Both the position numbers and the translations under genes were made by a program. Below, piece by piece: positions 12,236-24,539 of a stretch of DNA of 64,000 bases. Origin of the DNA: Lama guanicoe (lineage: Eukaryota); NCBI GenBank assembly GCA_013239625.1, contig MU053365.1:124001-188000 (forward strand), read 5' to 3'. Numbering within the stretch: position 1 is the stretch's first letter; each line of letters starts with the position of its first letter. A model generated the notes under the pieces. The model was not told the origin of the DNA. It saw nothing but the letters and a program-made list of their open reading frames with translations, and searched no databases.

Positions 12236-12421
12236 TTGAGCACAGAGCCTCCTCTGTCTGGGAACACCTGCTTCTCCCCATCCACACAGCAAATGCCTTT
12301 TTCCTCAGGTTTCCACATTTTCATCATGTTTGCCCTAAAGCATCTCATCTCCTCATTCTGGCTTAACTGTTCTGTGTTTGCGCTCCCATATGCCACCCTT
12401 TTCCGGTACTGAACTCCTGTC

Positions 12422-12590
12422 TTTTTTTTTTTTTTCATTGTGGTGAGAACCTGAAACATGAGATCTGCCCTCTTAACAAGATTTTCAGCACACGATGCAG
12501 TTCTGTTAACTTCAGGCACACCGTTGGACAGCAGATCCCCAAGTCCTGTTCACCTAGCATAGCTGAAGGCTTATAGCCCTTGAACAGATC
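12422..12590 (-). mobile_element. L1MA9/L1MA10-like 3' end with poly(A) remnant
   Basis: T-run then tgtggtgagaac...acatgagatctgccctcttaacaag...cagcagatcccc...ttcacctagcatagctgaa. Confidence 0.7.
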
Positions 12591-12724
12591 TGCTGTCTTG
12601 AAAAATGCTGGTTGATTTGCCTGTCTCATCTTGGGTGCATGCTGAGCTTCCCGGGGACAGGGGCTGCTTTGCTCACCATTGTACCCTCAGTGCCCAGCAG
12701 AGTCTGGTACTAGGTAGTTGCTAT

Positions 12725-13200
12725 CCATCAGGATTCAAGCTGAGAAGCAGAAGCTACAGTAAGATGTGTGTGTGTGTGTGTGTGTGTGTGTCTCATAACT
12801 GCACTGGGCCACATGCACTAGTGTACCAGGAGGTGGCTTGTGTGATTGTGGGGCTGGTTAAGCCAGTCCAAAGTTTGCAGGGCAAGCGAGCAGTCAGGAA
12901 GGGGAAGTCACAGGGCTTGCTTTCCACAGTCATGCGGGACAGTCACAGGCCGGCTGAAACCCTGTGAACGGGAGCTGTCTGGAGTCTCGGCCTCAGGGAA
13001 GGCCTGAACCCTCCTCCACAGTGCTTGCCTGGTTAGGCCAGGCCCACCTAGGACCATCTCCCTTGAATTGCTTGAGGTCTATTCATTATGGAATTTCATC
13101 ACCTCTGCAAAATGCCCTTCCCTGTAGCGCCTGTCTCAATGTTTGATTGAATAACTGGCGACCATGGTTAAGCCTAACCAAACTGACGTATCAAAGAGCT
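12725..13200 (-). mobile_element. ERVL MLT2-family LTR
   Basis: ggcttgtgtgattgtggggctgg...caggcccacctagg...tcacctctgcaaaatgcccttc...gtttgattgaataactgg...agcctaaccaaactgac. Confidence 0.65.
12765..12790. repeat. (TG)13 microsatellite
   Basis: Perfect TG dinucleotide run. Confidence 0.95.
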
Positions 13201-13959
13201 GTCCGAGTGCTCAGTAGCTGGTTGTGGAAGGCAAGGAAGACTGGCTGAGTGGAAGAGCCGGGTCGTGGCAGACTGAGGCCAGGACCGGGAGACAGGAGGG
13301 CTTGGCAGGCCATGCAGCCAGCAGGAGGCACTCTAGGCACGCGGAGTCATTGCTGACAAGCCGCGTGGTGTCCGCAGCTCTGCGTGCCGCCCGGGGCCCG
13401 GGTGAGTGGGGCCCGGGCCCGCACCCGCACCCGCACCCCTACCCCTGCAGCTTTGCTTCCGTCTGCTCGTCCTCTGTGCCCCCTGTCTCGGCCAACCCAC
13501 ATGCTCCCTTTCGGTCTTTCAAGACTTTCGTTTAGAACTGTCTAGACTTCTTCCCAATTAGACGAGACTGCTGTCCCCAAGAGAGTCCTGGCCCAGGGCG
13601 CCAGGCCCACGGCAGCGCCAGCCCCCAGGCCCTGTCTCGTGTTGATCCAGGGCCTCGTCTTCCCATCTGCATTGAACTGCGGGCTCGGGGCAGGCGGGCA
13701 CCATGCCCTCTCCTGCTCTGCATTCTCCCTGCGCAGGGCAGCTGCTCCACAAATCCTGGAAGCTCTGAATGAAAACAAGGAGTTGCAAATAAACCGTCCT
13801 TATTTCTTAAGCTCCTGGATTCTGTCTCCCATGTTCAAATGAAAACCAATTTGTCTTCTAATTAGGCTTTAATGAATTGGACTTGACCTTTAAGCACCGT
13901 TTGCAACCTTGAGAGCAGGCAGTGAATGTATAAATTCCAAGGCTTAATTTAATAATAAA

Positions 13960-14150
13960 AGTCACTTCTGTTTGCCGAGTGCTTTACAGCCTCCGAGTGG
14001 CATTGCCGTCACCGCTCTCTCAGGGTCGTCAGGGACTGGGGGTAGGTGGAGACTCACCCCAGCTCACAGATGAGGGAACTGAGAAGTGGAGCGGTCAGGG
14101 CCCCCACTGATGGCCCCTCAGCTTGTAGGAGGCAAACAAAGGACTCCAGG
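13960..14150 (-). mobile_element. MIR fragment
   Basis: gtgctttacag...ccccagctcacagatgagggaactgag is antisense MIR core. Confidence 0.55.
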
Positions 14151-15547
14151 TGAGATCTCCCGCCTCCTGGCCCAGCGTGACCTCCCCAAAGAGGATGGAG
14201 ACCTCCCCAGCTGGGAAGGGAGCAGCGAGCACGGACCTGTAAAGGTAGTGGGGCTTTGGGTCACAGGCCTTTGTGTTGCCCCTGCCCTCTGCCCACCCCG
14301 CTCCCCACACCGTCCCGCGTGTCAGCAGGGCCTCTTGGGGGCATTTTCCAAGTGCTCGCTGGGATGTTGCAAGACATTCCCCGATATTTGCTAGAGTCAC
14401 TCTGCATGTGTTTCCTTACAGCAGTGGCTCCAGTGTGCCGGTGGCGACTTTCCTTCCAGCTCCTGGCCCTTGCCATAAATTATTTGACATGTTTTCTTAC
14501 AAAATAGTCGGGGTAGAAACTGGGGGGTAGAAACTGGAGCAGTAAGAGACACAAGTGATGGCTGTGCTCACCAGCCTGCTGGCAGCGCTTCAGGACATGG
14601 TAGCCCCTTTTGACTGTTCATTTCCTTTTCCGCTCTTGACTCTGCAGTGACGCTTGGGGCAAGTAAAGGGGAAAGGGCTGTTATTATCTTGGTCAGGGGG
14701 CAGGCTTGTCCCTCTGACCTTGTGAAATCCTTGCCAACCTTCCAGGCCACAGCTCGCCTTCTCTGGGGGACGTGCTCAGACTACTCCAGCCTTGCCGAGC
14801 CCACAGAGACACCCTTCCCTGGGTATAGCATTTCCTCACGGACGGAGCCCTTGGGAGACCGAATCTCCCCTGGGTCCGGCCCCAGCCCCACGGGGCATGG
14901 AGGGCTGCCACTTTTCACGCCCATTGTGCAGTCAAGAAGCCGGAAGCCAAAGGAGGCGATGTGATTGTGTTCAGGTCGCCAAGGTGGGGTAGGTGGTAGG
15001 ATATGAATGATTTCTGTTGTCCGTAGCACCGTCCCCACGCCGATCACAGCCGCGTCACGCCTCCCGTGACAGCCCTCACGAGCGTTCATTGCTGTGTCCC
15101 TGGTGCCGACCTCAGGCGCAGTGCCTCACATGGGGGTGTCTGCCTGCTAAGTCTTTGGTCACGGGCTGAGTATTTCCAGGCTCGTCTCTGAGAGCTCTCC
15201 CCGCATCACTCCTCCACAGTCGATAGATGGTCCCCAAAGAGCATGGCAGTCGGGCAGACTCAGGGCTGGCACGTCCTTCAGATCTTGAGTGCAACCCCTT
15301 CCTGGACCTGGAAGCCAGCAGACCCAGAGTGGGAAGATGCATTCCCAAGGGTTACACAGGCAGACTGGGATGTGGACCCGGATTCTGGCACTTTCCTCAG
15401 CACCACACGGCCTCATAGTAGAGACTGTCTCCTCTTCTAATTGCTGTATGTGTGTGAGAGACGTAACAGTGACTAGACTGTACGCTTTCAAAAGACAGGC
15501 TCTAAATTATAATCTTCACCCTGGAAGTTTACTAGGCACATAGATGG

Positions 15548-16050
15548 CATCTTAGTTATCCAGTGCCAGCCCGCAAAGGGCCCACAGCTCAGTGGTTTAG
15601 TACAGCAGTGGCGTATTATTTCTCACAGCCCTGCAGGGTGGCTGTGTGATTCCTTGGCAGCTCTTCCTTGGGCTCCCTCGTGTGGCTGCATGTAACTGGC
15701 GGCCTGGCTGGGGGCTGGCCAGGATGCTGGGGCGAGTGGTTGTCTCTTCATGAGGTCCCTGGGCCTCTTCCCATGTTCTCTTGTTCCTCAGTCATTTAGA
15801 CTGAGCTTCCTTGCACAGTAGTGAGAGTGTTCTAAGAGTGAAAACAGATGTGCCCAGGGCCTCTTAAGGCCTAAGCCTGAAAGTCCTTCAGGATCACTTC
15901 TGCCACAGTCTGTTGGTCAAAGCAAGTCACCGGCCTATTCTGGGCATGAGAAAGGGGCAAACAGACTTGACCTGAGGATGGGAGGAGCGGCATGTGTTTA
16001 CAGAAATGAGAGAAATTATTGGCAACCATTTTTGCAGACAGTCTACCACA
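15548..16050 (-). mobile_element. MaLR solo LTR (MLT1H-like)
   Basis: ctcagtggttta...tattatttctcacag...atcacttctgccacagtctgttggtcaaagcaagtcac...ggcaaccatttttgcagacagtctaccaca. Confidence 0.75.
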
Positions 16051-16149
16051 GAGGGTGTTCAATTAGCACTAGTGATCCCTTGGGCCAGGGATTGGGGTGG
16101 GGGTCGGCAGACATGAGAATGAATGAATGAATTGCTGAGTGAAGCAGAG

Positions 16150-16505
16150 AGTGCTGTGACTTGGCACGTGGGAGAAGAGAAGAGTTGGGAGAGGCTGGTT
16201 GGGCCAGAGCTGGTGGGCCTAGTGGGTCCCATGTGAGACCTTAGGTTTTCTTCTGAAGACGGTCGAGGGTTGATGGAGGACGTCAAGCGGGGAATGGACA
16301 TAATAAGGTGTGCATTTTGTTTCTGAGACATTTGTGTCTTTGCAGGATTTCTCTGGTAGTAGAGTTGGAAGGAGAGTGACAGGGCAGGGAGACCAGCTAG
16401 GAGGTTGCTATAGTGACCAGGAGAGACGTGGTGAGGGTTTGAACTATGGTGGTAGCAAAGGAGACGCAGAGACGGCCAGCTTAGAGGGGATTAGGGAAGG
16501 AGAGC
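16150..16505 (-). mobile_element. L2 fragment
   Basis: gcagggagaccagctaggaggttgctatagtgaccaggagagacgtggtgagggtttgaacta is antisense L2. Confidence 0.75.
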
Positions 16506-17689
16506 TACTTTAAAAATACCTTGTAACCTGACACTCGCCACAAAACCAGTGGGGAGAATCCAGGAGGGGCGGTTAACCGGAAGGCAGGGAGTCTGGTCTC
16601 TTCACTTGACTCCTCTTTCGTCCATCTCACCTTTCAGTCCATCATTTCAGATCTCATCAGGGAGGAAGGCAGGGTTTGGCCACTTACCAGAGCGCCGTCC
16701 ACTTCCGACCTTGCCCACATCTCAGGGTACTTTCTGCGCCGATGTTCCGAGAGCAAACATCTAGCCCTGAGGTCTGTAAAATGCTTTACTCCTTGTTTAC
16801 CGTATTTCTTCATTGATTCTTTTTCAAGAAAAAAAGGGGGTTTGATAAGAACAGTGACCAAGAGTGACTCAGTGTTCGTCCCTTCTTGAGTCTTCTGAGA
16901 ACAGTTAAGCACAGTCCCGCCAGCCAGACTTGTGTCCACACTGGGGCACGGGAGGAGTGATTGGAAGTCATCTTGTCCAAGCCGCTTGTATTTGAGATTG
17001 GATAGATTGAAGGGGAGGGGGGGCTGGGCAACTGCAGGAAGGGAGTTGTATGGGGAGTTTGTGGAGGCCCCAGAGCCAGCCTTGGGTCATCCTGTGTCCC
17101 AGGGTTTCCCTTCCTGGGAGACGAAGGGAGGATCTGTGTTTTCCTAAGTAGTGAAAAGGGGTCCCCTCTCCCCTCCGCTCCACTCGAAGCCTGGCACCAG
17201 GCCAGAGCATTTGGATATTTCTAGAACTGCAACGTAAGTGCAGTCTTATGGGAGAAAATCCCCTCACCCAGGTGGACTGGCTCTCAGGTGACCTGCCCTG
17301 GGATGACTCTCACTTTCGAGAATGCCACCTTCACAGATTTCTGTGGAACAAGCTTCGATGACGGGTGGAAGGAAAGCAGGGAAGTAAGCAAGGAAACTCT
17401 GCATCTGCTACATTTGTCACACAAATCATGGGGCCGTTGTGTCTAAAGGGAGATCAGAACCCTGTTTACAGAACACCTGTCAAGGAGCGGAGTGATTTAA
17501 GCACGGAGGCATCTGGTTTATTTTATGTTTGGTGTTTCCCTGTAAGATTTGTAGTCGTTTGGAATGACGGGTGTGCCAAAGCCTGAGAAAGGAAGAGAAA
17601 GCCCCCAGATCTCCAGAGAATAGGGGAAGATGACAGCGTGGCGGCAGTGAAGGGGTGTGCGGGCTCCTTCTGGACGATGCTGACCCTCA

Positions 17690-17895
17690 CTGCTGTCATA
17701 AGTGCCTACTGTGTGCCGGGCTCTGAGCTCAGCACTTCACACGTGTGAGCTCATTCCATTTCCTTTATAGCTCAGCGGAGTAATCATGTTAGGTTCCCCT
17801 TCTTGCAGATCAGGAAACTGAGGGAGGCAGAGGTGAGAGAATTCCTCCCAGGACCCATTAGTTTCTGTAAAACAAAGAGCTGGGCTCTGAATTCC
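17690..17895 (-). mobile_element. MIR
   Basis: agtgcctactgtgtgccggg...ttgcagatcaggaaactgagg. Confidence 0.7.
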
Positions 17896-17964
17896 TGAAA
17901 TGAAAGGGGCTGGTTGCATCTGTACTCCTGGACAAAGTTTCACTCACCCGACCCTCTTGTCGGT

Positions 17965-18140
17965 GTGGAGGAGTGGAGATCTGAGACCTGTTTCTGCTAA
18001 ATAGAAGCTATGTGATGTTGGGCAGGTTGCTTCACCTCTCTGAGTCTCAGGCGCCTCACCTATAAACTGGAGTTAAAAACTCTTGCCCTCCCCCTTCACA
18101 GAATGAGCATCAGGCTACAATGAAGCAGATTAAAGGCATC
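17965..18140 (+). mobile_element. MIR
   Basis: agctatgtgatgttgggcaggttgcttcacctctctgagtctcaggcgcctcacctataaactgg. Confidence 0.7.
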
Positions 18141-18429
18141 TGAGATTGGCCAAGAACAAAATGCAGGGCAAGCAGGAGCGTCACCTACAGGCTGTGCACT
18201 CTGTGAAATCCTCAAGAGGCGGGGCCAGGCAGGAGCCCCGGAACCTACACTCCCTACTGGGCAGGGCTGGTGTAGATCAGGGGCTGCCAAATGCGGGAGG
18301 GGTCCTTAGAGACCATGTGGTCTCAGCCCTCATTGTACAGGTAAGGCCAGCAGAGCCCAGGGAGAGAAAGGGCTTGGCTTAAGGTCACACAGCAGGCACG
18401 TTTCATTTACCTTGCTCCCATATGTAGTA

Positions 18430-19330
18430 TTTCATTTCAGCGTGCCATCACACAGTTCCTGTCTCACCGAACTGCACGCTTGCATGGTAATCAGTTCAGA
18501 AAATTATTCCAGTGCAAACTGAAAGATAAATGGTCGTGGCATTTGTTAATACTGTAAACACCATTTGTTGGCAAACGATAAGCTTTATTGATACCCCTAA
18601 TGTATGTATTAGCAAGAACAATGCACCACAAAATGTTAACATCTGCCAACGCAGTGCAAACAATTATAAGTAACTTTCGTTTAATGCAGAAATTATGCAG
18701 TCACAAAAGGTATGGCTGCAAATTAATGTGACATGGAGCCAGGTTTATGCATTGAGAGGCATAAACAATAATTTTATACAGCAAGCAAGCAAAAGTTCTT
18801 TTAAGCATCTCTTTGTCAAAAATGACTCTCTAACACCAAATGCAGGGGGAAGTTGGGGAATTGAGATGGTTATTAAATCTGACCTTGATCAGATTTTTAT
18901 TATGTCAGAAAAAATGGTTCTTAAGAGAGAGAGTTGTCATGGGATTAGAGTCCATCTACAGCAAGACGTTTCCATGGCAACAAATCAAACACCATTTCCT
19001 CTAACTCCAGTCTCCTGCTTCAGAAGTATGAACTTAGCATTGAATAATTAGAGTGAGACGCAGCAATGTTGTGTAAAGACAAAAAAAGCAGAAGAATCAA
19101 TCTGGAGGCAGTGAATGATTTTAAAATGGCAATTAACCCCATCAACATGACTGTCTGCAGCTCATGCTGGCCGTGACAGGTCCCACGTAGATACTGGGTT
19201 TTACAAATTGAAAGCATAATTTTTTTGTCACACATAACCTTTAGGGAAAAAAAAGCTGAAGCCAAACCATAATTCTCCCCAAATTAATGAAGTCTGAAAG
19301 TTATGGATAAGGCCTTAATGGAAATTCAGA
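18430..19330. promoter_or_regulatory. Candidate long conserved non-coding element (enhancer-like)
   Basis: About 900 bp, repeat-free and AT-rich; RFX X-box GTTTCCATGGCAAC 18968-18981, Fox TGTAAACA 18553-18560, Sox AACAATG 18617-18623, many TAAT cores. Confidence 0.5.
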
Positions 19331-20709
19331 GCTGTGTCTGAGTCTGCAGTAGGTAGGAGCATCTGATACTCTAGCTGAATTCTCCTCATGTTTGAGGGAT
19401 CTGAAAACATACTTGATACCGGTGCGTGGTTAGTGTCCCACAACCAATGAGCTATCTAAATTCATAGGCTCCAATGTCACACTCCTAAAATCTTGGTGGA
19501 AAGTTAAACTGGCGCACACAAAGCCACTTAGAACTTAGGGAGATACCCAAGCCTTTCAGTGTCTTGGTTGGCTTGCAGTATCATGATCTGCTTGCATTAA
19601 GGGCGTATTGTTCTTCCAGAGAAAATGTATCTCAGGAGCTAATCTGGTCGATGGCATCTGAGGTTCACTGCTGGGCTGCATTTTTCCCCAGATGTTTTCC
19701 ATTTCTTCCGGAAATGTTTCCTACCCACAGGGAGAGAAGAGAATCCAAGATCTGCATTCGAGCCAGGAAAGCAGGTTGTCTCGCCCAAGTGGTAATGAGT
19801 GAACTCATCAACGCAGCACATCGATTCCAACCCAGTCTGTTTCTATAAAGGGTCTCGGGGCTGGGGGCTCGGGATGCTCAACACACTTTGATTCATTCCG
19901 AAAACTTTTTCACCCCATTAATAGGTCGCACCCAACTCCCCGTCAGGGATGCCCCCTGCTCCCTGCAGGGCTATGTCGTGCTGCTTCTTCGCTGTGTGTA
20001 GGCTGGGGGGAGTTTCTGTAGATTCTTTGTATATCCAGAGGAAAGACTGTATGTACTCAGACATCTCAGAAACCACCAACTCTGAGAGAAATGGAAAAAG
20101 GCCTTGCTGGGAAATCGGGGGTCTTGATGCAAAGACAAAACTCAGCTTGTCTTAACACAAAATGGCTTGCATTTTCCTTGTGTTTCTCTATTTCTAGGAC
20201 TCCTGTGTCCTCACACCTGTATTGTATTGCTGGCTGTGGGCTAGGACGGATGGGAGAGCCCTGGAAACTTACTTGAAAGGGTAGGAAGCGAGGGGGAATC
20301 CAGAAGCTGGCTCATTTATTCTTTTTGTTTTTCATTCTCTCACTTATTGATTTATTCAATGAATATATATTTGCTCTCAGATAGGAAGCACCCAAGGTGT
20401 TAACCCAGAGAAGATAATGAGTCATGGAGTGAGGATGCCCAAGTAGGGCGTGTTAGCCCTCATTTAGAGGGTGATGCGGACTCACCCTCATAGATGAATT
20501 TTCCTTCCCTCCGTGTCTCCTTGGACGCAAGTGCCGGGCTGGCTTGTCCGTGAGATTAGAAGAGAGACGATATGGGAGAGGCATTTCCTAATTTATACAG
20601 CAATAAAGACTGGCTCCTCATCCTATACAGGGGAAAAGAGCCCCGGCCAAGTGAGTCCCCAGGGCGGTCTATGCAGGGCCAGATAGCTACTATGGGTAGA
20701 TTATTGGAC

Positions 20710-20927
20710 AGATAGTAGCACAAAAGAGCACAGACATTCGTTCAAATCCTGGCTTTATGTCTCAGTAGCTGTGTGATCTGGGGCAAGTTACTTCCCTTCT
20801 CTGGACCTCAGTTGCCACAGTTGTAAAATGGTGTTAGTATCTGCCTCACTGGGTTGTTGCCAAGAGCACAGGAGATAAAATATTGATGTGTCCAGTGCGG
20901 GACCTTGCAGCTCGACATGTGTTAGTA
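20710..20927 (+). mobile_element. MIR
   Basis: gttcaaatcctggc...tagctgtgtgatctggggcaagttacttcccttctctggacctcagtt...tgtaaaatgg. Confidence 0.8.
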
Positions 20928-22369
20928 GAATGCCAGCCAATGAATTGGTTGTCAACTCCCTTTTCTGGTTAGACATTAAAATAACAACGACCCTGAGGAA
21001 TTTCTGATGAAGAATCCAGGAGAGGTATTAGTTAAAAGCCGGTGTAAGATGGGGAGCTGGTAAAAAGGCACTGTGCTAGTACGACACCTTGGCTCTCTAG
21101 TACGTTTTGTGGCTTAGAATGTTAAGATAAACATGATTCCCGCATTCCCTTTTTGATTGATTTTATTGCATGAAATCTCTTACATGCAAATTGGTAGATA
21201 CTTTAAAAAATGGAGCAGCCATTCACTTAGGTGCTTGACCTCATGCATTTTGAACGGCCTCACGATTTCTTTTGTTCCAGGACAACTTAAAAGCCATCTC
21301 TATGTTAATGGTGTGATGGTGACTCTAGGTCTATTATAATGCCTTTAATAAATAGTTGGCAGTTAGAAAGGTGACAAATGCAAGTGTCCGCAGACGAATT
21401 GTGTGCCACGGGTCTTGCCAAGGAAATGTTGACAACGGTTGCCTTTTCATCGAGTGGCGCAGGGGTCAGTGACTCCGTCAGGGAGGAGGGGCATGCTTCT
21501 GGAAAACATGCCGTCCTTTGGGACTATTCGTGAGTGCCAAGGGTCTGAGTGCCTCTTCTCCTGGGCGGCAAGCCACCCTGGTCCTCTGCCACGCCCCGCT
21601 CTCAGCACCTAAAGGGCTTGGACACCACCCTTGACGGACCCTTCTTCCCTCACCTTTTAGGGTCCCAAACGCAGCTATGCTGCCACCTGCTCAGCATCCG
21701 GTCAAGAAGGAGAAAAAGGCAAACACCCGCACTGCTGCTCCCCACCAGGTGGCTGGAGCAGTCCCAGCTGAGTCACTGCGCTGGGGCACACGGTCTCATT
21801 CAGGAGTTCCTCTTACGGCCTCGATGTCATGGTCTGGACTTGGTGTCTGTTTCCTGGTCTGCCTCCCAGCAGAGCAGAAGCAGCCACGAGATGTGGCGTG
21901 ACACGTTTCCAAAAGGGTAGGCTGCCACGGAGTAGGAAGGTGACAACAGACAGGGTGGGTGGAGACTCATAACTCGCAGAAGCTCGTACTTCAGTACAAC
22001 ACGGGAAATAGCTCCCTCCACCCCCAGAAGCCCCTTCTTTGGAGTAAGGTGACATGGCTGAGAGGCCCCTGTAGATAACACCCAGGGCCCGCATTTGGGA
22101 GGAGGGTACCTGCTGCCACCTTCCCAGCAAGATCAGCAAGCTGCCGCGGGGGCCAGAAGGGAGTGGGTAGAAAGAACATGGGGCTTGGCCATCCCCATGG
22201 ACAGGGCGTTCTCATAAGATGCTGGAAACTGGGGAGTGAGTTCCAGGTCTGTCTCTAACACACGATGTAACCACGGGTCAGTCTCTGCTCGTGGACCACA
22301 CGGTCTGTCAGAAAGCCTTTGCGGTTGGTAGGAGTCCACTGCTAATTGCTGGCCTCTGGCTATACTTGC

Positions 22370-22733
22370 TGTTACGGGTTGTATTGTGTTCCCCATCAAT
22401 TCATATGTTGGAGTCCTAATGCCCAATATTTTGGACTGTGACCTCATTTGGAAATAGAGTCTTTGTAGATGTGATCTAGTTTAGATGGAGTCATTCAGGA
22501 GGGCCCTAACCCAGGATGACTGGTGTCCCTACAAAAGGGGACTTAGGAAACAGAGATAGGTTTGCAGATGGGAAGAATGCCATGTGAGGTGCAGATGAAG
22601 GCACAGGTCAGGATGCTCCCCATGGACACCTTGACCTTAGACTTCACACGTCCAGAACTGAGACAATACGTCTCTGTTGTTTAAGCCACCTAATTTGTGG
22701 CGCTTTGTTACAACAGTCCCAAGAGATAAATCC
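22370..22733 (+). mobile_element. MaLR solo LTR (MLT1B/C-like)
   Basis: tgttacgggttgtattgtgttcccc...aattcatatgttggagtcctaa...tttggaaatagagtctttgtagatgt...ccagaactgagacaata...ttgtttaagccacctaatttgtgg. Confidence 0.85.
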
Positions 22734-24539
22734 TGCACAGCACACCATATGGTCCAGATGCTCTCCAGCGCTCGTGCCGCTTCTGGAAATCAGGCTCCCC
22801 TCCGAGGGCACGTGCTGCCCCCGTCTCCTGAGGGGCCCAGCACAGGGCCGTGTCCATTGGTCCAGCAGGTTGAATTCAGTTGTATCCCAGTCACTGCCTG
22901 GGGTTCTCGGGGTTGGCAGCTGTGTTTGCCATGGCGATGCCCAGTGATATCACACATTGTGGCAGCAGGGGTGAGCCCAGGGCCGCCCTCTGTCACGGAG
23001 TCACCAGGAGCTGGGCGGTCTCGGATAGGGCTTGGGGCAGACCCCCGTTTGCTCTTCATGCTTCTCTGGCTCTCAGAGCTGTGGGCCCTGCCGAGAGGAA
23101 GCTGGGCCACAGGTGCTCACTAGGTGTTGGGGACCAGGGCTCGAGCAGCCCTCACAGCCTCGGGGCCTTTGAGCGAGTCCTCCGCAGCTGGGACAGGCAG
23201 GGACGAAACAAGGCCTATGCGCAGGCCTCGGCCCGCCATGGAGCGGCCCTCCCCGAGGAGGCTGGGCCAGGCCCCCCAGTGGGGAGACTGTGGGCCTTGG
23301 AGTCAGACGTCCCCAGGGTTGTCCGTTTGTTCACTCGCGGGACTCTGCCCTGGGGGCCTGGGCTGGGCCGGGCCCCTCGGCTCTGTGGATTCCGAGCGAT
23401 GGAAAGCGGTGCCTGCTCTCAGCCAGCAAGTCCAGAAAGTGCCCAGTGGAGTGTCCTGAGCTGTTAGCTGTTCCCTGAAGGCCGTTTGCATGTGCCCGTG
23501 GGGGCGGGGTAGACCGCACACGAAGAGCGCTGCAGCTCCTGGCAGCAGGTGTCCAGTCTCCGCTGCTTGTTGCCCGTCCCCCCGCTCACCCCGCCGCGGG
23601 TCCTGAAAGCGTCGTCTCTGCAGGGTGGGCGTGCTCATCCAGGGTCCAGGTGCTGCCTCAGGGCCTTGCTCCACACCGCACTCTGGGCAGGGCCTCCCGT
23701 CATTCAGAGCTGGAGGGTGACGCGAATCCCTCTTGCTGTTCCCGAGGGGCTGGGTCACTAGGTCGCCCACTCGCCTAAACCAGTCATGGCTCCTGCTGGG
23801 TGATGTTCCAGGATATCAGGCCAGGGACCCCTGGCTCTGGCTTAGCCACCAGAAACGCTTCCAACCTGCAGGGTTGGGGTTTGTGGGGCGTGGGCTGAAG
23901 AGGTGGCCGCGGAGAGTGTGATGAGGCCCGGCTGCTCCCCACTGCCCAGCCCCCAGCAGAAGAGCCAACCAGAAAGATGGTCTCATCGAATAAAAGAGAA
24001 CTAGAGTCCCTGCGTTACTCAGACAGGTGTCTGTATGATTTGGGGTAATGAAAGCGGTAATGGTTAGATTGCTCAGATAATAAAACCCGGGGAGCGTGGT
24101 GCATCTGGGTGGACCGGATGGGAAGCATCAGGCCTGGCAGCAGGGACCCCGAGCAGAGGGCTGCGGCGTGGGGGGAGCAGCTGAGCCGGGTGGAGAGGCC
24201 TCCTCTTCCTGGGGGCCCACCCCACTTCTGCCCTCTCTTGGGAGACCTCGCTGCTTCACTTATGTCTTCTTAAAGCACACAAAACAAGTCAGGGGCTCTT
24301 GACAACCATGTCCCGATGGGCATCCGTCTTGGCACAACCTGAGGATGGCCTTCAGAGCTGTGAGGACACCAGGTAAGGGGCAGCTAAGGTCAGCAGCCAG
24401 CCTCATTGCTGGGCTGAGCCTCAGACAGGCCCCATCTTGGTCTGTGCGTTTCCCAGCCACGGTGGCCTCCTGCCAAGCCAGAGAGCCCACTGCTGGTGGG
24501 GGGGGCCCTCCTGCAGAGCCCGAGCTGGGATCCGACCAC

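Noticed and set aside
18695..19051. 118-aa ATG ORF inside the enhancer-like block
   Set aside because: No recognisable homology; the motif content fits non-coding regulatory DNA better, though PhyloCSF would settle it
22677..23770. Cluster of 100-195 aa overlapping ORFs
   Set aside because: GC-rich DNA is poor in stop codons, ORFs are open on both strands at once, the peptides are low-information G/P/R/A sequence and no exon structure is evident
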